A DNA stretch of 64,000 nt, taken from NCBI GenBank assembly GCA_021780105.1, contig JAJXZJ010000060.1, forward strand, positions 74,691-138,690, given 5' to 3'. The translations under genes were made by a program, and so were the position numbers. Below the pieces are notes generated by a model. It searched no databases. It was given only the letters and a program-made list of their open reading frames with translations, and had not been told where the DNA came from. This stretch comes from a bacterium. GTDB lineage: Bacteria; Verrucomicrobiota; Verrucomicrobiia; Limisphaerales; J093. This document shows, piece after piece, positions 54,260 to 63,512 of this stretch (its first letter is position 1; every line of letters begins with the position of its first letter).

Positions 54260-54287
54260 GTTATGCGGGGACGTTGGTCCTTCGCAA
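54260..54287 (-). promoter_or_regulatory. candidate promoter of tRNA-Leu
   Basis: On the minus strand: TTGCGA (54287-54282), 16-nt spacer, CATAAC (54265-54260), 13 nt before the tRNA 5' end. Confidence 0.4.
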
Positions 54288-54327
54288 GCGCAATCTCGCC
54301 CGTTTTCGGCTCCGGCGGTAAATTCAC

Positions 54328-54355
54328 TTGCGGCCCGCGCGATCCAACGCATAAT
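54328..54355 (+). promoter_or_regulatory. candidate promoter of tRNA-Ala
   Basis: TTGCGG 54328-54333, 16-nt spacer, CATAAT 54350-54355, 44 nt before the tRNA. Confidence 0.4.
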
Positions 54356-54399
54356 GCCCGGCGTCCGCTGCAATGCGGCGGCGACGCAGTGGTTGGTCT

Positions 54400-54475
54400 G
54401 GGGTCGTAGCTCAGTTGGTAGAGCGTCTCGTTCGCAATGAGAAGGTCAGGGGTTCGACTCCCCTCGGCTCCACCA
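54400..54475 (+). tRNA. tRNA-Ala (anticodon CGC)
   Basis: Acceptor GGGGTCG/CGGCTCC with the G3:U70 Ala identity pair. Anticodon arm TCTCG-TTCGCAA-TGAGA, T arm AGGGG-TTCGACT-CCCCT. CCA is encoded. Confidence 0.9.
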
Positions 54476-54516
54476 GACCGCATGACGCAGCCCGGCAGGC
54501 ACCGGCAACCAATCCA

Positions 54517-54807
54517 ATGAATGACGCGGCCAGTCCCAAGGTGACGCTTTATGCCATGCCGGGCTGTCTGCGGTGCCACCGGACGCGGGTCTTCCTTCGC
54601 CAGCACGGGGTTTGTTTCAACGAGGTCAATGTCCTGACCAATCCCCGCGCGCTGCTCAAGTTGCTCGGCACCTACCGCCTGGTTTTCCCCGTCGTCGTGG
54701 TGGACGGGCGGGTTTTCAAAGGCTCCGACTGCGCTCAACTCACATCGGTTCTGGGCCTGAAACCGGCGTCCGCCCGGGTCAGCGGCAGCCGCGCCAAGTC
54801 CGAATAG
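54517..54807 (+). CDS. glutaredoxin/NrdH-like thioredoxin-fold protein
   Basis: ATG 54517. ..VTLYAMPGCLRCHRTRVFLRQHGVCFNEVNV.. (CxxC) ..PVVVVDGRVFKG.. The ORF-track 5' extension covers the tRNA-Ala gene. Confidence 0.65.
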   Translation: MNDAASPKVTLYAMPGCLRCHRTRVFLRQHGVCFNEVNVLTNPRALLKLLGTYRLVFPVVVVDGRVFKGSDCAQLTSVLGLKPASARVSGSRAKSE

Positions 54808-55361
54808 CTCGCTCCTGCCGCGGCGAGCTGGCTGCGGATCAGGCGCACTTCGTTTGCCGGCCATTCGCCAACCACGCCCACGCGCATGGCCTCCAGCGCG
54901 AGGCCGGCCTCGCGGGCCGCGTGGCCCGTCGCCGTCACCCGGCCGAGCGTCAGATGCGGCTGAAACGACCTGGCTTCCTGGTGGTCGCCGAAGGGCGCCG
55001 TGGCGGTCTCGACGCGGCGTTGGAGCAGGGCGAGCTGGTCGAGTTCGCCCGTGACGCCCGCCCAAACGACACGCGGACGCAAAAAATCGGGAAACGCGCC
55101 GGTGCCCTCGACGCGCAGGCGCATTGGAGCAAATCCAACCACCGCCGACCGCAGCGCCGCGGTCAGTTCCGCGACGCGGTTCGTTGGGACGTTGCCGAGA
55201 AATTTCAGGGTGAGGTGAAGCTGGTCGCGGCGGCTCCAGCGAACCGCCTTCACCGGCATCCTGCCGGCAAGTTGCTGTTGGAGGCGGAGCAGTGCTTCGA
55301 GCAGTTCCGGGCCGGCTGGCAGCGCAACAAACGCGCGGATGGTGTCAGGCGGGCGATTCAC
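54735..55361 (-). CDS. thpR: RNA 2',3'-cyclic phosphodiesterase (2H phosphoesterase, ThpR/LigT)
   Basis: GTG start. Two HxTx motifs (HLTLKFLG and HLTLGR), about 208 aa. Confidence 0.8.
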   Translation of the reverse strand: MNRPPDTIRAFVALPAGPELLEALLRLQQQLAGRMPVKAVRWSRRDQLHLTLKFLGNVPTNRVAELTAALRSAVVGFAPMRLRVEGTGAFPDFLRPRVVWAGVTGELDQLALLQRRVETATAPFGDHQEARSFQPHLTLGRVTATGHAAREAGLALEAMRVGVVGEWPANEVRLIRSQLAAAGASYSDLARLPLTRADAGFRPRTDVS

Positions 55362-55383
55362 CGCTGTGGTCCCGCGGCGCGGC

Positions 55384-56325
55384 TCATGGCAACCGCTGGC
55401 CGTTCGCGGCTTCGTAAAGCCGGTACCATTCCTCGCGCGTCAACTCCACGGCGTCCGCCTGCGCGGATTCCTGGATGCGCTCCGGCGTGATGGAACCCAC
55501 GATGGGCATGATGTTCGCGGGGTGTTTCAACAGCCACGCCAGCGCGATCATCGTGCGCGTGGCGCCGTGGTCGCGGGCGATCGCGTCCAGCGTGTCCAGC
55601 AGCTTCTGCTTCCGCGCGTGATGCGGGTCCTTCATATCCACGAAGTTGCTCACCAGCCTCCCGCCGCCGAGCGGACTCCACGCCTGCGGGATGACGCCTT
55701 TGGCGAGGCACTGGTCGAGCGTGCCGTCGTTGAACGGCTCCAGCCGGTGGAGGCCGATTTCCACCTGGTTGACGAGCAGCGGCATCGGACACGCCTTTTG
55801 CAGGAGGCTGAACTGCGAAGGGGTGAAGTTGCTGACGCCGAATTCGCGCACCTTGCCGGCCTGCTTCAACCGGCTGAACACCGCCGCCACCTCTGCCGGA
55901 TCGCAGAGGTAGTCCGGCCGGTGCAGAAGATAGAGGTCAATGGTTTCGATGCCGAGGCGCTCGAGCGATTGCTCGCACGCCGCCGTGAGATGCGCGGCAG
56001 AAAAATCGTAGCGAAACGGCGCGCTGGCGTCGGGCACGCCGGCTTTGCGGATGCCACCCTTGGTGCAAATCAAAATGTGCTCGCGCATCGCCGGCGCCTC
56101 ACGGAGCGCCTCGCCGAAGATGCGTTCCGCCGCGCCGTCGGCATAAATGTCCGCCAGATCGAACAACGTGTAACCCGCTTCGTAGGCCGCGAGGACGGCG
56201 GCGCGTCCGATCGCTTCCTTGTCGGGCGTGATGTTGGTGGCGTCCTTCGAGCCGGCCAGCCGCCAGCAGCCGTAAGCCAGGCGGGTGGAGACGAGTGAGC
56301 TTTTGCCGAGTGAAATCGTTTTCAT
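55384..56325 (-). CDS. aldo/keto reductase
   Basis: ..LAYGCWRL.., ..FDLADIYADGAAE.., ..LLHRPD.., ..GVSNF.. AKR motifs. Confidence 0.85.
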   Translation of the reverse strand: MKTISLGKSSLVSTRLAYGCWRLAGSKDATNITPDKEAIGRAAVLAAYEAGYTLFDLADIYADGAAERIFGEALREAPAMREHILICTKGGIRKAGVPDASAPFRYDFSAAHLTAACEQSLERLGIETIDLYLLHRPDYLCDPAEVAAVFSRLKQAGKVREFGVSNFTPSQFSLLQKACPMPLLVNQVEIGLHRLEPFNDGTLDQCLAKGVIPQAWSPLGGGRLVSNFVDMKDPHHARKQKLLDTLDAIARDHGATRTMIALAWLLKHPANIMPIVGSITPERIQESAQADAVELTREEWYRLYEAANGQRLP

Positions 56326-56373
56326 AGGCGCGGTGGCAGAATAGGCGGAAACGCCACCGCACGGAAGCGATTT

Positions 56374-58974
56374 TCACAGCCACGTCATGCCGGGATATTT
56401 CTTCGTCAGCGTTGGCCGCAGCTTGGGATATTGGCCGGCGCGGAAGGCCGGCCAGTCGGTCGTCGCTTCGAGCCGTTTGCCGTCCGGCGCGCAAAGCCAA
56501 AGCTTCACCGGCACATGGCCCTCGCAGAGCTGTGGATGCGTCTTCAGCGCGAAGCATTCGTGCAGTTTCACCTGCAACTCGGCGCCCGGCGCGCCCGAGC
56601 CGTCGGCGTCGCGGTCGGTGTAAAGCAGCTTGAGCTGGCGGCCGTCCGGCCAGGCGACGCTCAACGGCGCCAATTCGTTCAACCACGCGAGCTGTTCCTT
56701 CGCCAGATGCTGGTGAAACGCCTCGGTGACGTGCGTGGCCTGCGCCTCCTTCGCAGTCGTGACGCCGCGGAACGCCCGCGCCAGGCAGACGGTCACGCCC
56801 GCGTCGTCCAGCGGGGGAAACTCCAGTTCCGGCAGCGTGGCGCAGACGAGGTTGACGCGCGCCACGAACTGCTTCAACGCGTGGTTGAAGAGCGGCAGCT
56901 CGAACCAGCCCTTGCGGAACGCCTCCGCCACGCAGCGGCCGGCGGCGTCCGGGTCGGCCTCGCGCTGGTGCTCGTGATGAATCACGAGGTCCTGAAACCG
57001 CACCAGCTTCACGGCGGCGACGCGCTTGTGCGTGCGGTCGAACAGGTGCTCGACGCGGGCGGTGATCTGCGCCGGAAACATCGCCTCCACCCACTCGCGC
57101 CGCACCGCCGTGACGAGTCCCAGCAACGTCAGCGCGCCGGTGCGGCCGCTTACTTCACGGATGCTCGTGGCGACGAACAGCGGCGCGTCCTGCACCACGC
57201 TTTCGCGCATCAACGTGCCGGTGCGGCCCTCCGTCAACTCGCACTCCAGCGTGCCGGTGTCGCGCCGGACACAAAGTTGATCGGCAAAACCCGCCAGCAA
57301 ACAGCGGGGCAGGGCATCGTCCGCCGCTGGCGGTGGCGCGGCCGCCTCCGTGCCATCCCCGAGCTTCGATCCGCCATTTTCGCCGGGGCGCTCGCGTTCC
57401 GCGATCTGGAGGATTTGTGCGAAGGTCTGCTCCACCTGCCGCGCGGTTTGCGCGTGAATGCCGTAACGCCGGCAGGCCTCGACGCTGAAGCCGCGGTTCT
57501 TGGCGAACTGGTAGGCCCGCATCAACGTGAAAAAATCCGACTGCGCGCCGGCCTCGAAAAGTTCCCTCGCCTCGGCGATGTGGCCGTCGTCGCGGCCCAG
57601 ACGCACCAACAGGTCGCGGCCACTCACCAGCGCGGCACACAGTGCCGCCGCCGGCACGCAGCCGAGTTTCGCGGCCTCGACCAGCATCCGCGAATAACGC
57701 GGGTGCATGGGCAGCCGCAACATTTGCCGGCCGACCGGCGTGAGTCGGTCGTGGTCCAGCGCGCCCAACGTGTGGAGCAGCTTCTCCGCGCGCTCCACCG
57801 CCGCCGCGTCCGGCCGGTCCAGCCAGTCGAACTCCGCCGCGCGCCGGATGCCCAGCGAGTGCAGCAACAGGACGACCTCGGCCAGGTCGCTGCGCTGGAT
57901 TTCTGGCGTGTTGCGTTCCGGGCGGTTCAAGTGGCCGCTTTCGGTCCAGAGCCGGTGGCAGGTGCCTGGCGCCGTGCGACCCGCCCGGCCGCGGCGCTGG
58001 TCTGCCGAGGCGCGACTGATCGGCTCGATCGTCAGCGTGCCGATGCCGCGTTCCGCGTCGTAACGCGCAATCCGCGCCAGGCCGCTGTCCACGACGTGCC
58101 GGATGCCGTCAATCGTCACCGACGTTTCGGCGACGTTGGTGGCAACCACCACTTTTCGCCGCGGATTCGGCGCGAACGCGCGGTCCTGTTCCTCTGGCGG
58201 CAGATCACCGTGCAGCGGCAGCAACGCCAGCGGCTCGCGCACCCGCGCGCTGCCGAGGGCGCGGATCGTGGCGTTGATCTCCGCCATGCCGGGCATGAAG
58301 ACTAGGATGTCGCCCGCCTCGCCGGCGTTGACGATGCCCTCGACGGCGTCCGCCGCCTGCTCGGTGGCGGGCCGTTCGTCGTGCGAGGACAGGAAGCGCA
58401 TTTCCACCGGCCACATCTGACCTTCGGACACGAGCACCGGGCAATCGCCGAGGTATTTCGCCACCGGTTGCGCGTCGAGTGTGGCGGACATCACGGCGAG
58501 CTTGAGGTCGGACCGCGCCGTGATTTGAAGCTGTTTGGCCAGCGCGAGCGCCACGTCGCTGAGCAGGTTGCGTTCGTGGAATTCGTCGAACAGCAGCACG
58601 GCAACGTCGGCAAGCGTGGGATCGTCCTGCAACCAGCGGAGCAAAATGCCCTCGGTGACAAAGCAAATCCGCGTGCCAAGGCTGGTCTGGTCGTCGAAGC
58701 GGATCTGGTAACCGACCTCGTCGCCGAGCCGGCCACCGCGTTCCAGCGCCACGCGCGCCGCCACGGTGCGCGCCGCGACGCGACGCGGCTGGAGGACGAC
58801 GATTTTGCGTCGCGTGCCGCCGGCGTCGGCGAGGCCGGCATCGAGCAACATTTGCGGCACCTGGGTGGTTTTGCCGGAACCGGTCGGGGCCACGAGCACG
58901 AGCCGGTGACCGCGCGTCAACGCGCCGACGATGTCGGCATGAATCTGCCAGATGGGAAGCGATGGGTCCGCCAC
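56374..58974 (-). CDS. hrpB: ATP-dependent RNA helicase HrpB (DEAH box)
   Basis: GTG start. ..APTGSGKTTQVPQ.., ..DEFHERNL.., ..SATL.., ..TNVAETSVTI.., ..QRRGRAGR.. plus the long HrpB-type C-terminal domain. 866 aa. Confidence 0.9.
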   Translation of the reverse strand: MADPSLPIWQIHADIVGALTRGHRLVLVAPTGSGKTTQVPQMLLDAGLADAGGTRRKIVVLQPRRVAARTVAARVALERGGRLGDEVGYQIRFDDQTSLGTRICFVTEGILLRWLQDDPTLADVAVLLFDEFHERNLLSDVALALAKQLQITARSDLKLAVMSATLDAQPVAKYLGDCPVLVSEGQMWPVEMRFLSSHDERPATEQAADAVEGIVNAGEAGDILVFMPGMAEINATIRALGSARVREPLALLPLHGDLPPEEQDRAFAPNPRRKVVVATNVAETSVTIDGIRHVVDSGLARIARYDAERGIGTLTIEPISRASADQRRGRAGRTAPGTCHRLWTESGHLNRPERNTPEIQRSDLAEVVLLLHSLGIRRAAEFDWLDRPDAAAVERAEKLLHTLGALDHDRLTPVGRQMLRLPMHPRYSRMLVEAAKLGCVPAAALCAALVSGRDLLVRLGRDDGHIAEARELFEAGAQSDFFTLMRAYQFAKNRGFSVEACRRYGIHAQTARQVEQTFAQILQIAERERPGENGGSKLGDGTEAAAPPPAADDALPRCLLAGFADQLCVRRDTGTLECELTEGRTGTLMRESVVQDAPLFVATSIREVSGRTGALTLLGLVTAVRREWVEAMFPAQITARVEHLFDRTHKRVAAVKLVRFQDLVIHHEHQREADPDAAGRCVAEAFRKGWFELPLFNHALKQFVARVNLVCATLPELEFPPLDDAGVTVCLARAFRGVTTAKEAQATHVTEAFHQHLAKEQLAWLNELAPLSVAWPDGRQLKLLYTDRDADGSGAPGAELQVKLHECFALKTHPQLCEGHVPVKLWLCAPDGKRLEATTDWPAFRAGQYPKLRPTLTKKYPGMTWL

Positions 58975-58995
58975 GCAAAAAAACGGGAGGGAAGC

Positions 58996-59316
58996 TCAGG
59001 CGGCAGCGTGCTTCAACGCCAGTTCCAGCACGAGCGCCAGAATCGTGACGGCGACCATGAGGCCGGAAGGCATGAACTTCTTCGTTTTGCGCAGCCGCAT
59101 CACAAACACCGCCAGCAACACCACCTGTAGCGTCAGAATGACGATCCGGCCGCCGGGCACGGGCGTGAATTCGCAAACCGCCAGCAACACGGCGAACACC
59201 GCCGACGTGATCAGCGAGATTTTGCTGCCCGCCTTGGCGAACCCCATGATCCCGCCGACCAGCAGCAGGACGATGTAAACCGAGAGCGCTACGCGAAAGC
59301 CGTCAAACGTTTCCAT
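58996..59316 (-). CDS. small 4-TM membrane protein (TMEM14-like)
   Basis: ATG 59316. ..LLLVGGIMGFAKAGSKISLITS.. resembles the TMEM14 family. 106 aa. Confidence 0.55.
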   Translation of the reverse strand: METFDGFRVALSVYIVLLLVGGIMGFAKAGSKISLITSAVFAVLLAVCEFTPVPGGRIVILTLQVVLLAVFVMRLRKTKKFMPSGLMVAVTILALVLELALKHAAA

Positions 59317-59333
59317 GTCTGAATGAGCGTGGT

Positions 59334-59507
59334 TCAGTTGGCGGTGATTTCCAAGCCCAGAATCCGGCCGGGTTCGCATTCCGCGCTAACCTCGAACGGC
59401 CGGCAGCACACCTCACAGTCCGTCGTGAACTGCTGGCTGGCCACGCTGGTGTCCACGAACAGGTCGAAAAACTGTCCGCAATGCGGGCACTGGATGGATT
59501 CCGCCAC
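59334..59507 (-). CDS. CPXCG-motif cysteine-rich (zinc-ribbon-like) protein
   Basis: ..IQCPHCGQFFDLFVD..FTTDCEVCCRPFEV.. GTG 59507 gives about 57 aa. The ORF-track TTG 59552 is an alternative. Confidence 0.6.
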   Translation of the reverse strand: MAESIQCPHCGQFFDLFVDTSVASQQFTTDCEVCCRPFEVSAECEPGRILGLEITAN

Positions 59508-59548
59508 GAGCACGGCGGGAACATAGCACAAACCCGTCGCCGCGCCGC

Positions 59549-59893
59549 TCAACTGGCGGCTGTGGTCGTGGCGGCCGTCTGCGTGGCCTCGTCACGGCGC
59601 CGCTTCTCCGCCAGCACCGTTCGCAGGCTGGTCCGCAAATCGTCCTCGCCGGCGATCGTTGCCAGCCCCCAGCCGAAGCCCTTGAGCGGATTGTGCCAGA
59701 CGGCGTTGCCCGTCAGCGGTTCGAGGCAGAAAACCTCGCCTGACGTGGTGGCGTAGATCCGGCCGGCATCGAACACGACATTGACGAAATCGGAGCTTTT
59801 GAGATGCGTGGTCCAGATCTGCGCGCCCGTGGCGCGATCCAGCGCGATCACGGAACCTTTGATGCCGATGAAGAGGAGATCGGAGGTGCTCAC
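59549..59893 (-). CDS. short PQQ-like beta-propeller-repeat protein (two blades)
   Basis: ..GSVIALDRATGAQIWTT.. and ..GEVFCLEPLTGNAVWHN.. GTG 59893 is supported by the promoter layout immediately upstream. The ORF-track start 60172 would overlap the sialidase gene. Confidence 0.5.
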   Translation of the reverse strand: MSTSDLLFIGIKGSVIALDRATGAQIWTTHLKSSDFVNVVFDAGRIYATTSGEVFCLEPLTGNAVWHNPLKGFGWGLATIAGEDDLRTSLRTVLAEKRRRDEATQTAATTTAAS

Positions 59894-59900
59894 GTCAGTG

Positions 59901-59929
59901 AGCCTTTCGCGTCCGTCACCGCCGGTCAA
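59901..59929 (-). promoter_or_regulatory. sigma70-like promoter of the PQQ-repeat...thpR operon (leaderless layout)
   Basis: On the minus strand: TTGACC (59929-59924), 17-nt spacer, AAGGCT (59906-59901), then 7 nt to GTG 59893. Confidence 0.4.
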
Positions 59930-60125
59930 GACGGGAAACGCAGCCTGCCTGCGGAAACGATCAGGGCAGCGGAACAGCCCGCCGACAACCGCCAATGCAG
60001 GCCGTGGAACTTGGCTCGTCGTGTGGTGGTCGCGCAGCCACCGGCTTCCAGCGCCCGGATCATGGGCGACCTTTTTCGCCACGGGACCTTGCCAAGCCGC
60101 CGCCAAGTGTGCGATTCCAATAACC

Positions 60126-61310
60126 ATGCAAACCGTGTGGTCAATGCCCCGCTGGCTCCTGGTCACCGGCATCCTGGCGTTCGCCGCCGCCGGTTTCGCC
60201 GCCGCTGCCGCGCCGCCGACCGCCGGGCCGGTGCCGTGCCCGGTGTTTGGCAGCGGCCAGGACGGCTACGACACCTTTCGCATTCCGTCGTTGATCGCCA
60301 CCCCGCGGGGCAACCTGCTGGCGTTTGCCGAGGGCCGGAAACAGAGCGCCGGCGACGCGGGCGACATTGACGTGGTGCTGAAGCGCAGCCTCGACGGCGG
60401 CCAGACCTGGTTGCCGTTGCAGGTGGTGTGGAACGATGGTCGTAACACCTGCGGCAATCCGTGCGTGGTGATTGACGGCCCGAGCGGCACGGTCTGGCTG
60501 TTGCTGACGTGGAACCGCGGGGACGACACCGAATCGAGCATCATTGCGCAGACCAGCCATGACACGCGGCGGGTTTTTATAACTTTCTCGACCGACGAGG
60601 GCATGTCTTGGGCGGCGCCCACCGAAATCACCAGCGCGGTCAAGCGCACGAACTGGACGTGGGTCGCCACCGGGCCGGGGGCCGGCATCCAGATGGAACA
60701 GGGTCCGTGGGCCGGCCGGCTGGTGGTGCCTTGCGACCACATGGAAGCGGGCACCAAACGTTACTTCTCGCACGTGATCTATTCGGACGATGACGGTCGG
60801 CATTGGCAGATTGGTGGAAGCTCACCGCGCGACCAGGTCAATGAGTGCGAAGTGACGGAACTGCCGGGAGGCCGGTTGATGCTGAATATGAGGAATTATG
60901 ACCGGATCCAGCCGACGCGCCAGGTCGCCTTCAGCGCCGACGGCGGCCGGACGTGGTCCGGGCAGCGCCACCAAGCCGAGCTGATTGACCCCGTCTGCCA
61001 GGCCAGCCTGCGGCGGTATGCGTGGTCCGGACCGGGGCGGCGCAGCGTGCTCCTTTTTTCCAATCCCGCCGGCGCCAAACGCGAGCGGCTGACCGTCCGC
61101 GCCAGCTTTGACGACGGCGAAACCTGGCCGGCCGCCCGCGTCTTGAACGAGGGTCCGAGCGCCTACTCGTGCCTGGCAATCCTGCCCGGTGGCGACATCG
61201 CCTGCCTCTACGAGCGCGGCAAGGACAATCCCTACGAAACGATCGCCTTCGCCCGGTTCACCCTGGCGTGGCTCGAAGGGACGGCCAAGCCCGCCGCCGC
61301 GGCGCCTTAG
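60126..61310 (+). CDS. exo-alpha-sialidase (GH33, BNR repeats), secreted
   Basis: Signal peptide, FRIP motif (..TFRIPSL..) and five Asp-boxes (SLDGGQTW, STDEGMSW, SDDDGRHW, SADGGRTW, SFDDGETW). Confidence 0.85.
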   Translation: MQTVWSMPRWLLVTGILAFAAAGFAAAAAPPTAGPVPCPVFGSGQDGYDTFRIPSLIATPRGNLLAFAEGRKQSAGDAGDIDVVLKRSLDGGQTWLPLQVVWNDGRNTCGNPCVVIDGPSGTVWLLLTWNRGDDTESSIIAQTSHDTRRVFITFSTDEGMSWAAPTEITSAVKRTNWTWVATGPGAGIQMEQGPWAGRLVVPCDHMEAGTKRYFSHVIYSDDDGRHWQIGGSSPRDQVNECEVTELPGGRLMLNMRNYDRIQPTRQVAFSADGGRTWSGQRHQAELIDPVCQASLRRYAWSGPGRRSVLLFSNPAGAKRERLTVRASFDDGETWPAARVLNEGPSAYSCLAILPGGDIACLYERGKDNPYETIAFARFTLAWLEGTAKPAAAAP

Positions 61311-61396
61311 CCGTCCACTTCCGTTTCGCCCGAACCCGGCGCGGCCCGTGACGCGGAGAAGGCGGCGCGGACGCCGTTGCCGCGTGTGGCCGTGCG

Positions 61397-61425
61397 TTGA
61401 CACCTGTCCGGCCCGCCTCTAGCCT
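61397..61425 (+). promoter_or_regulatory. sigma70-like promoter of the lol operon (leaderless layout)
   Basis: TTGACA 61397-61402, 17-nt spacer, TAGCCT 61420-61425, then 7 nt to ATG 61433. Confidence 0.5.
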
Positions 61426-61432
61426 GCGCGCG

Positions 61433-62711
61433 ATGTCGCGACTGCCGTTCGAGCTGATGCTGGCCCTCCGTTACCTGCGCCCCAAGCGCACGAGCGTGTC
61501 GGTCATCACGCTTATTTCGGTGGTGGGCGTGATGCTGGGCGTGGCGGTGTTGATCATCGTGATCGCGGTGATGAGCGGGTTCGACCGGGAATTGCGCGAC
61601 AAGATCGTGAGCTTCAGCGCGCACCTGCGGATCGAGCCGGCGCACGGCACGCTGGAGCATTACGACCGCGTGATGTCGGCGGTCGCGACGAACCCGCTGG
61701 TCAAGGGCGTGGCGCCTTACATCATCGGCCAGGTGCTGGTGAAAACCGAACCGGAGAACACGAACATCGCGCCGCGGGTGGTGGCGCCGTTGCTGCGGGG
61801 CGTGGACCCGCGCCGCGAGCCTTCTGTCAGCCGCCTGCCGGAGAGCATGGTGGAAGGGAAGTTCGACGTGAGCGGTTACAGCCTGCTCGTGGGCCGGCAG
61901 TTCGCGGACAAGATGGGGCTGGAGGTGGGCGATCACCTGGCGGTCTATTCCGTCCGCGCGTTTGAGCAATGGGAGGACAGCCGCAAGCAGGGCAGCGAGG
62001 AGAGTCCGCTGGCGGCGGATTACACGGTCACCGGCATCTTCGAGCTGGGCATGCAGGATTACGACTCGACGTTCGTGATCACGTCGCTGGCCAACGCGCA
62101 GGATTTCTACGGGCTGGACGACCCGGATTCGGTGCATGGGCTGTTTGTGGCGCTGCACGATCCGGAACAGGCCGCGCTGGCGCGGACCCAGCTCGCGGCG
62201 GCGCTGGGGCCGGGTTTCGTCATCACGACGTGGATGGAGGAGAATTCGGAAATTCTGCAAGTGCTGGCGGTGGAGAAATACATGATGTTCTACCTGCTCT
62301 TCTTCATCACCATCGTGGCGGCCTTTGGAATATGCAGCGCGCTGATCACGTTCGTGGTCCAGAAGACGCGGGAAATCGGCGCCCTCAAGGCGCTGGGCGC
62401 CACGGGCGGGCAGGTGATGTGCCTGTTTCTCGCGCAGAGCCTCGCCGTGGGCGCGGTGGGCGTACTGGCCGGGCTGGGGCTGGGCCTGCTGGCGGTGGCG
62501 TATCGGAACGATTTTCTCCTGCTCATGCGCCGCGTCACCGGCATCGAACTGTTTCCGGCGGACATCTATCATTTCTACGGGATTCCCGCGTGGCTGCACG
62601 CCGGCGACATCGGCGTGATCTGCGGCGGGTCGCTGCTGATCTGCGTGGTGGTCGGCGGCCTGATTCCGGCCTGGAACGCGGCCCGGCTCAAACCGGCGGA
62701 GGCGTTGCGCC

Positions 62712-62719
<8 letters not shown>
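61433..62719 (+). CDS. lipoprotein-releasing ABC transporter permease, LolC/E family (single copy here)
   Basis: ATG 61433. ..FELMLALRYLRPKR.., MacB/FtsX-type topology with a periplasmic domain and a C-terminal FtsX domain. The next gene is lolD. Confidence 0.8.
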
Positions 62720-63455
<736 letters not shown>

Positions 63456-63512
63456 ACGGCCGCATACCCGCGGGTTCTGGCCCGCGAGGCGCGTTTACTG
63501 TTGCCGGTAAAC

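Noticed and set aside
59894-60172. Long N-terminal extension of the PQQ-repeat ORF, with starts at 60172 or 60127.
   Set aside because: It would overlap or abut the divergent sialidase start (ATG 60126). The extension is Arg/Pro-rich with no signal peptide. A TTGACC-17-AAGGCT promoter lies inside it, 7 nt before GTG 59893.
38825-61310. tRNA-adjacent genomic islands next to tRNA-Val, tRNA-Leu and tRNA-Ala (the GH-like/MFS genes and the sialidase region).
   Set aside because: There is no integrase, no direct repeat of a tRNA 3' end, no mobility genes and no compositional break at the tRNA borders.
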